64,000 bases of DNA, from contig OX597815.1 of assembly GCA_951406725.2 (NCBI GenBank), positions 141,546,001 through 141,610,000 on the forward strand. Direction: 5' to 3'. The stretch is from Octopus vulgaris (Eukaryota). Position numbers and translations under genes: made by a program. This document shows, in pieces, positions 56,125 through 64,000 of this stretch (position 1 is its first letter; the number at the start of each line of letters is the position of its first letter). The notes beneath the pieces were generated by a model. The model ran no database searches. It was not told the origin of the DNA and worked only from the letters and a program-made list of their open reading frames with translations.

Positions 56125-57623
56125 TTAGACTAGGCTATCTGTTATCCTTTTGATCAGCAATAGTTCAAGGTACTCGAAAAAGAAAACGCGTATCTCGGAA
56201 ATTCGTGATTCGATGTCCTCGTGTATTACATTCAAAGCATGTTCTCCTTATACGCCAGTGTGGCTCTTCATAAGGGTACCAGAAAGAAAAAAAACACGAG
56301 TCTCGGTAATGCGAAACTTGATTTATTCCATTTGTATTAACATCAGCATCCGATTCATGACGTCTCTTGCTTTTTTCTCTTTCCTTCTCATTCGCCAGAC
56401 TCTCAGCTCTTCGAGTGTCCGATTCCTGATCTCTCCCGCTCCTATCTCTTTCTCTCTGTCATGTGAGTCCCTCAGCCCTTGCTTTATCCGTGTCATTGAT
56501 TATTGTGTTCGCACGGTTGTCCCAATCTCGGGTAAATAATTCGTAAATCACCCGTTTGTACTTCGGTCTGAAATAAAATTTAGCACAGATTTTTCGAGTG
56601 CAATCAATGTATCTCACCTCCAAACCCACTGCAAGCCACTTTCGTTCGGAAAAAAAGAGGAGGTTTTTTGGGGACCTCGGAGTTTATCCAGGATAGTTTG
56701 ACTTTCCGACTAACGGAGTTTTGATTCGTGGTTTCTTTCTTTCCTCTTCCAAGTTATTTTACATGCTTTCAACAAATGTGACATCGATTTCAAGCATAAA
56801 CGGCTCCTTCCCCAGAAAAGGAAAGAGCCGACTGCTGTTTCTTGCACGCCCTGCGACCACATAACAGCTATTTCGGGTCATTTATGGCAAATTACTCTTA
56901 AGTGGTAGCAGGACGTGCTAGAAATAGCAGCCAAATATTTGAAGGTGAGATAGGTTGAATGCACTCGAAAAATACTTATGCAAAAAAATTATTTCACACC
57001 GAGGTTACGAACGGGTCTTTCAACGAAATATCTGCCGTATCTTTAAAGTAATGTCAAAAATATATTTTCATTCGAAATAGTTTTTTAAAAAATTAAAATT
57101 TTTATTTAAAAAAAAGTATTGTTTGTTTAAAGAAGGCTGAAATATAAATACTTACTGTACAAACAACTTAAAATATTTCTAAATGATTAAATTATTGTAT
57201 TTAACAAATAGGAAAATATAAACGTTTACTATAAAACAATTCATATTCTTTCGTTGGCAAGGTAAAATAAGACAGTAAGACTTTTGGCCATCATAATCTC
57301 TCTAATGGAAAAATTAGTTTCTTTCCTTTCAGGGTAAGTTATTTTCGGAGAATTTTCCCATTATTCGCCTGTTTCACAGTGTAACATTTCAAGCAAGCAG
57401 GATTGAAATTCATTTTTAATAGAATATTTATGCGTATATATATATATATATATAACATAAGGGACTAAAGCCATCTGAATATGGCTAGGGACAGGGCAGG
57501 GTGGTGGGGGTGTTACTGTTGCATTTAGCCCCAGGCGAACATCGACGTCACCAGAAAGGCTCGACACCGTCACGGTGCCCTTAACCTGCAAAGGGAGGTA
57601 ATTCCCCGATGAAGCGGAAACCA

Positions 57624-57669
57624 CACACGGACCATGGTTTCAAGGTGTATTGCCTATCATCGGCGTGTG
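57624..57669 (-). ncRNA. Type I hammerhead ribozyme, variant core, copy 1
   Basis: CACACG-CCGAUGA-UAGG(CAAUACA)CCUU-GAAA-CCAUGG-UC-CGUGUG: 6-bp stem I, palindromic stem III and a GUC site (cut between 57630 and 57629). Confidence 0.82.
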
Positions 57670-57983
57670 GTAGGCCTCCGCTTCCTCGACGAATTCTCAC
57701 TCTGCAGGATTTTCTTATATAGATTTTCAAGCAAAATACATTTGCTGATTTCGAAAATCTGTTCGAAAGCAATAATAATTCTCTAAAAGGGATATAGACA
57801 GTAACTGCTCGATAACATAAGGGACTAAAGCCATCTGAATATGGCTAGGGACAGGGCAGGGTGGTGGGGGTGTTACTGTTGCATTTAGCCCCAGGCGAAC
57901 ATCGACGTCACCAGAAAGGCTCGACACCGTCACGGTGCCCTTAACCTGCAAAGGGAGGTAATTCCCCGATGAAGCGGAAACCA

Positions 57984-58029
57984 CACACGGACCATGGTTT
58001 CAAGGTGTATTGCCTATCATCGGCGTGTG
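57984..58029 (-). ncRNA. Type I hammerhead ribozyme, variant core, copy 2
   Basis: Identical to the 57624-57669 copy, offset by exactly 360 nt. Confidence 0.82.
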
Positions 58030-58308
58030 GTAGGCCTCCGCTTCCTCGACGAATTCTCACTCTGCAGGATTTTCTTATATAGATTTTCAAGCAAAATACA
58101 TTTGCTGATTTCGAAATTACCTCCCTTTGCAGGTTAAGGGCACCGTGACGGTGTCGAGCCTTTCTGGTGACGTCGATGTTCGCCTGGGGCTAAATGCAAC
58201 AGTAACACCCCCACCACCCTGCCCTGTCCCTAGCCATATTCAGATGGCTTTAGTCCCTTATGTTATCGAGCAGTTACTGTCTATATCCCTTTTAGAGAAT
58301 TATTATTG

Positions 58309-58367
<59 letters not shown>

Positions 58368-58420
58368 GTGACCGCGTGTGTACCTCTGTCTTCCCTTCTC
58401 TGAATCTTTCCTTCTCCTGT

Positions 58421-58455
58421 GTTTCCGAAGAAGAGCTCCGCTCGAAACGTTAGAC
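58421..58455 (+). ncRNA. Minimal hammerhead within a ~190-bp TA-flanked repeat (58366-58555)
   Basis: GUUU-CCGAAGA-A-GAGC(UCC)GCUC-GAAA-CGUU-AGAC, with a palindromic ACGU stem III typical of PLE minimal HHRs. Confidence 0.7.
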
Positions 58456-58550
58456 CCTCCTTCTTTCCTTCTTTCGTGATCGTCCTATAATACTATACTT
58501 TTTCCACGCCCTCGCGTTGTTGTGATTTTTGTGCTTTCATGTTTGGATTA

Positions 58551-58583
<33 letters not shown>

Positions 58584-58586
<3 letters not shown>

Positions 58587-58960
58587 GGTTTGAAAATGCA
58601 ATTTTAAAAGATGTTTATTTACTTTAGCGGTTTCACTTTTTAGAAAAAAGATTGTCAAAAGTAACATGTAAAAGTTTGGTTGTGTTAATTATTGGTTGTC
58701 ACAAAATACTACAAAATACTCTTGAAAATGTATATATATGTTGTAATCTTTTGTGCCCAATATTTTAATGAACTTGTAAAACTTTTTGTGTTCTTATCAT
58801 GTTCTTGTTACCAAAGAAGGTATATATGTATTGTAGTATTTTGTGACAAGCAATAATTAACACAACCAAACTTTTACAGGTTACTTTTGACAATCTTTTT
58901 CTAAAAAATGAAACCGGTACATTAATTAAACATCTTTTAAAATTGCATTTTCAAACCTTC
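58584..58960. mobile_element. Inverted-repeat element (arms 58584-58714 / 58831-58960) with HHR relics
   Basis: ~130-bp inverted arms. The left arm, read on minus, is UUACUU-UUGACAA-UCUUUUU(UCU)AAAAAGU-GAAA-CCGC-UA-AAGUAA. Confidence 0.8.
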
Positions 58961-59004
58961 CTTCATATATAATTCCATTCGTGCTGTACCTTACAACTCC
59001 ACTT

Positions 59005-59037
<33 letters not shown>

Positions 59038-59040
59038 GTT

Positions 59041-59460
59041 ACTAACAGAAATACCCGGCTTTACCCGAGTTAAAGGGAATAATTTTTAAATGCCGTCTAG
59101 ATTACAAAGGTCTCAACTGCTAGTTGTTGAGATATCACCTTTCTATATTTACACGTCTCCAACCCATGTTATAGACGTTAGAGGAGATGTTAAAAGAGAG
59201 ATTTCAACTACTATATGTGTATAAAGTAAATACACATAATTCCAAAATACGTTTTGTGTAGCTTATATCCCAAGCAAAAAATAGGTAAAGGTTGTAAAAA
59301 GAAAACGAAAGGCCGATTTTTACAAGTCATTTGACAGAGGTAGTAGAGAGCCAATTCGCTAATAAATCTGACCTTGGATCTTGAAAGATTGCATGGATCC
59401 TGGATCCAGATGTTGCTCCAATTTGTGGCTCCAAATGATGCCATCTGAAGTGCAGCGTTG
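59041..59460 (-). mobile_element. Helitron fragment with Rep-helicase coding remnant
   Basis: A degenerate 3' end (ACTAACAGAAATACCCGG..) lies at 59041. Minus translation gives YNAALQMASFGA and FKIQGQIY*RIGSLLP, typical Helitron RepHel motifs. Confidence 0.75.
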
Positions 59461-59461
59461 T

Positions 59462-59637
59462 ATTCTTTTAGTCTCCTTTTATTTGTTTCAGTCATATGCG
59501 TGCAGCCGTGCTGGAGCACCGGCTTTAGTGGAACAAATCGACCCCAGGATTTATTCTTTGGAAGACTAAGTTACGAGTACGTAAACACAGACACACAAAC
59601 ACACGCACACACAAACATACACACACATACACACACG

Positions 59638-59691
<54 letters not shown>

Positions 59692-60040
59692 CACGACGGG
59701 CTTCTTTCAGTCTCTGTCTCCAGGATTTATTCTTTGAAAACCTAAGTTACGAGTATGTAAAGACACGAGCATCAGTTGTCAGGCGATGTTGGTGGGACAA
59801 ACATACACACACAAACACATACACACAAACATACACACACATACACACACACACACACGTAAATACATATACGTATACAGGACGGGCTTCTCTCAGTCTG
59901 TGTCCAAATCCACTCACAAGTATTTGGTCGGCCCGAGACTATAGTAGAAGACACTTGCCCAAGTTGCCATGCAGTGGGACTGAACACTGAACTATATGGT
60001 TGGTAAGCAAGCTATTTACCACAAAGTCACTCCTCCGCCT
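59462..60040 (-). mobile_element. Composite SINE with internal duplication and microsatellites
   Basis: Homologous to 37222-37590. CCAGGATTTATTCTTTG..CTAAGTTACGAGTA.GTAAA occurs twice. Confidence 0.75.
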
Positions 60041-60549
60041 ATAATCTAATTTTGTTTTGGAAATGCTTGGAATCTTGGTCACTTGATGACAACAGTTTCT
60101 TCAATGGCTGTGGAGGATTATGGATTCAGATATCATGATGCAGAAAAGTTTAAAGTTGAGGAGCAAGCAGTATTGGTGGGAGGAGCAAACAGTATTAGCG
60201 GGAGGAATTAGGAGGCTGATTGGAGATGTGTGGAGTGCTGAGTCTGGGAAGGGTGAAAGGAGATAAAGGATCCAGTACAGGAAGATGGGGTGGATTAAGA
60301 ATCAATGTATTCAGAAATGAAGTGATAACGGTAGATCATTTGGATATAAGTGAGATGAGTGGGATGTTTAGTGATTGAAGAGTGGTCAGTTGTAGTTGAG
60401 TTGGTGAATGGATGTCAAAATTTAGGGATAATGGCTAAAAACTATGGGAAGTTAGATGAAGGAAAAGGCTCTAATTCATAGGCTCTTATACGGTGGCTAA
60501 GGGAATTCGAAGAAAGAAGTTAGGTTGACAACAGAGGGAGATTACTGAA

Positions 60550-61015
60550 GTATATTGAAAAGTATGCGAGAAGATAGAGGGAGGTGGACAGGGCGGGCGT
60601 GTAAGCTGGTTGTCAAAGCAGCCGTAGTTAGTGCTAGATTGTTTAGGTTATAGGGAGAAATCAAATAATGAATATGGATTGGTTGTGGTGGAGAAGTACT
60701 GATATATATATAGAATAATATGCGAATAGAGGGAGGTGAGTAGAAATAGGAGAGGTGAATAAAGACGGATGGAGTTGGACAGAGCAGGCGGATAAGCTGG
60801 TAATCAAGGCAACAAGTAGTTAGTGCTAGATGGTTTAGGTTATAGGGGAAAATCAAGGTGGTGGTGGTGGTGGAGAAGCACTGAGATATATAGTAGTGTA
60901 TGTGGATAATTAGAGGGAGGTGAATAGGAAGTGGAGAGGTAGATAGAAATGGATAGATGTGGACTGAGCGGGCGGGTAATTTGGTAGGCAAGGCAAGAAT
61001 AGTTAGTGCTATAGG
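60550..61015. repeat. Diverged ~190-bp tandem repeat (about 3 units) in a purine-rich tract
   Basis: GCRGGCG..TAA.YTGGT...CAA.GCA....TAGTTAGTGCTA recurs at ~60592, ~60783 and ~60968. Confidence 0.75.
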
Positions 61016-61249
61016 TTGATAATAAATGCAGTGGAGTAGTCGTTAATGGTTTTGGTTGAAGATGAGATAGGAGAAAATTAGGAAAGAATACAAAGAGAAT
61101 GGATGGGCTGGCAGTGTGAAAACGTAATCATGAAAATGTATAAATTAGTAGAAAATGTGGTATATTAAGGTTAATTGTAATAAGGATAATCGTAGTTTGG
61201 GGATTACGTAAGTTTAACAAAATGAGCAAACGATGACTAACACCTCTGT

Positions 61250-61620
61250 TTACAAAAGAGTATTACATGTAAGAATCTCTTAAGTAATGAAGAATTGTAG
61301 TTGCGAAGGATGGTTAGTGATACATTTAAACATAATTTTCGAGTGGCGATATTAGTTTTTTATGGGAGAGATTCACTGGCGATAGACCAATATAGGGTAT
61401 AGGGAATATTTTGGGAGTTGAGGTTGTGTATACAAGTTGCTAATGAAGTAGATACTTTAGAATTCGGATCCGAGAAAGAGATCATGTGTGTTGGGTAGGG
61501 GCACTTGAAACCAATGCTTGCTTGGCAGGAACTTTGTGTTACTATTCGGCATTTGTAGACTATACTTTCGCATATAAAGAAACATTCGAGAGGGCAGAGT
61601 TTGGTATATATCAGAGGAAT
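61250..61620 (-). mobile_element. Penelope-like GIY-YIG remnant
   Basis: CPLECFFICESIVYKCRIV..SIGFK..HMISFSD..STSLATCIHNLNSQNIPYTLYWSI. Confidence 0.78.
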
Positions 61621-62501
61621 TGACAACACGACAAAAAATGCAAGAAAGGCATCCCTGTCCAACTCACTACTTCACTAGGACCGCATCCGAGCAGGATTGG
61701 CAATGAAACTATAATAAAGAAGCATTTATGCTAATGGAATGATACAAGAACAGAATAACATGTGTATGTGTGTGTATGCATGACTATATGTATATGTGAG
61801 TTTAACTCTGTATTTTCCTGTTCCCCTCTGCTTGATAGCTACTTGAGCCTTGTTTACGTCCCTTGTTTATGTGGCTGTAAGCTAAAATTCTAGAAAAAGT
61901 AAGTCTTAAAAAATTTTAATTCTTAAAAACTAGAACCGATTTGCTCAAATAAAAGCGATGAATGCTTGAATGTGTTGCCCCAGCTTGGCTGCAGTCTAAT
62001 AACTGAAGCAATTAAATGATAAGTGGAGATCCCTACTGTTCCTTTTCTGCTACCATTCATTTAATTAGGTGGTAACTTGCGCAGACATCATGCTACTCTC
62101 TAAAATACATTTAGCTTTTTTCATTTGTCACGTAGTAGTTCTTGGACGAAATAAGAAGAGTCTATATTACATTTTAATAATGACTAGTCTTGTTTTCGCT
62201 GGCGTTGCTATGTAAAAGTAATTGTTTATTATAGTTTCAATTGTACACTCTGTATAATATCTTCCGGCGAGATATTCATAATCGAAAAAGAAAAAGAAAA
62301 TATATTTCAGATCCATTGCCGTCATTATAATTTAAAATCTGAAGTAATATTAATTACGTTAATATTTCAAAGAAATTAAACTATGAATTTTTCGTTATTA
62401 TCTACTGTAAATATAAATAATATTATATATATATAACATTTGATTTATTCATTTGTATATGTTTCTCTACATTTTTCACCCTCCATGTCTACCAAGTTTT
62501 A

Positions 62502-62583
<82 letters not shown>

Positions 62584-63397
62584 TCTCTCTTACCCTCACT
62601 CCGTGTCTTTCTCTTTATCTCTTCTGGTCTTTATGCATTTGAATAGGCATCCGAAACTCATATTAGACATGAAGACTTAGTATTCGTTTACTCGGAAAAT
62701 ATAAACAAGGTGTGGCTCGGATGAGCATCTAACCATAATAGAGGAGTGTTAAGACATGAATACTGCGTTTTGGAAGTGGCATTAAAAATGACAGGCAAAT
62801 ACAACTTTAAGAACTAAGTTGCACAGCTTGATATTTCATAATACAATGAAAAGGTAATCATGGGTGAAATGTCAGAGAATACATCAAGTAGTCTTTGTAA
62901 CATATGTGATCCAACCTCAAAACTATGAGGTACAGAATGTGTACATTGTTGAGATATTTTATGGCCAAAGATTAAAAGAATTATTGGTCGCCATAAAAAT
63001 GAATATCACGATCACCTAGTAACCATTTAAGTAAAAACGTTTATTCTTGTCACAGCAGCATGCAAATGCAGAAACGTTGAGGTGTTAATATTTTCGAGAC
63101 CGCTCCTGTTCTCTTTCATTTAGAATCTGAAACGCAGATGGAGAAAATAATAGCATTGAGGCTGCATTAAAGATCAGTTTATTTATGAGGAACTAGGGAA
63201 GATCTTCATAAACAAATGGAAACGAACCTAAATGCATTCCTCTGCTACGTGTAGCTGCGATTTCAACGATAGAAATGGAATTATGTGTGATAATAATTCC
63301 TATTCGGTAGGTTATACTTGCAATCGACATAATAGAACAGTAATCGATAATCATCCTAACACGAATGAAATAGCATATTGCAGGGCATACATAGTTG

Positions 63398-63545
63398 AGA
63401 CGCGTGGCTTAGTGGTTAGGGAGTTGAAATCATGATCAAAAGATTGCGCTTCGATCCTTGAAGCAAGCGATATGATGTGTTCTTGAGCAAAACAGATATT
63501 TGGTGTTGCTGCTTCCCCACTCAGCTTGCAAAAATGAGTAATCCT
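63398..63545 (+). mobile_element. Decayed tRNA-derived SINE
   Basis: GACGCGTGGCTTAGTGGTTAGGG (A box), CTTCGATCC (B box) and GTGTTCTTGAGCAAAACA. A similar relic lies at ~17370-17480. Confidence 0.65.
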
Positions 63546-63679
63546 ATAAATGAGTAATGCAGGATGGTGAGGTGATGAACTTACACTAAAAAATCCGGGT
63601 AACTATCCTTTTGAGTCTATGGCTCGGGAAGGACATGTCACTTTCTTTTGTTCTTCTTATGTGAGCATACACCTACAGC

Positions 63680-64000
63680 ATGGTAGAAGCATTGCCACTC
63701 ATAATAAAAGGGAGTACTGGTGGAATATCCTAGTGAAAACCTCAATAAAATGTAAGCATAACAGGTCTGGCATAGTAATTTGGAATGGGGAGAAAAATTG
63801 TGTAGTGTTGTAGAAATCAGCTGCCCGGCGGATGTTAACATATAGGTAAAATCATTGAAAAATAAAATACGCTGAACTAATGAGGAATCTACAGCTACAC
63901 TATCCAGACAAGTTCAGGTTTATAACTGCAGTTCTGGAGATAATGGGATACGTGATACTCTGCCTAAATGCCACTGTTGAGAATGTAGGCTTCTCAGAAG
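63680..64000 (+). mobile_element. Decayed REL-endonuclease LINE 3' region
   Basis: HNKREYWWNI.VKTSIKCKHNRSGIVIW..VEISCPADVNI..KENKYAELMRNLQLHYPD. Confidence 0.7.

Larger units (their letters stand above)
57452..58310 (-). mobile_element. Retrozyme-like non-autonomous element: 1.85 tandem 360-bp units plus a 196-bp inverted segment, inserted in (TA)n
   Basis: 57452-57756 is identical to 57812-58116. 58115-58310 is the reverse complement of 57768-57963. There is one HHR per unit and (TA)n on both flanks. Confidence 0.88.

Noticed and set aside
57499-57545. Possible HDV-like or twister ribozyme in the G-rich part of the 360-bp unit
   Set aside because: The nested pseudoknot helices could not be assigned by eye.
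57603-57646. Plus-strand CCGAUGA-AGCG-GAAA as a second (ambisense) hammerhead
   Set aside because: There is no stem II and stem I cannot form. The motif is part of the extended stem I of the minus-strand HHR.
57361-58366. Repeated ORFs (..QVKGTVTVSSLSGDVDVRLGLNATVTPPPPCPVPSHIQMAL..)
   Set aside because: They arise from the 360-bp repeat and its inversion, lack an ATG start and resemble no recognised protein. The unit is better explained as structured RNA.

Overview
AT-rich, microsatellite-dense, repeat-dominated animal genomic DNA. The repeat landscape (tRNA-derived SINEs, Penelope-like elements, R4/Dong LINEs in TAA tracts) suggests an octopus or other cephalopod; this is inference. No intact protein-coding gene could be supported. 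Most listed ORFs are translations of microsatellites, and the rest are decayed transposon proteins: Penelope RT/GIY-YIG, R4/Dong RT-REL, CR1-like, mariner, Helitron and a gag-like zinc knuckle. The main signal is a set of type I hammerhead ribozymes (HHRs). The clearest is an element at 57452-58310 made of identical 360-bp tandem units. Each unit has a minus-strand HHR with a variant CCGAUGA core and palindromic stem III, and the element carries a 5' inverted segment and sits inside (TA)n. This matches a retrozyme-like element predicted to release a 360-nt, circularisable RNA. A pair of CUGAAGA-core HHRs lies in inverted repeats just downstream of a decayed Penelope ORF (47.7-48.5 kb). Further HHR relics are scattered through the window, including one in the tail of a tRNA-headed SINE. 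All structures were read by eye; no folding or database search was run.
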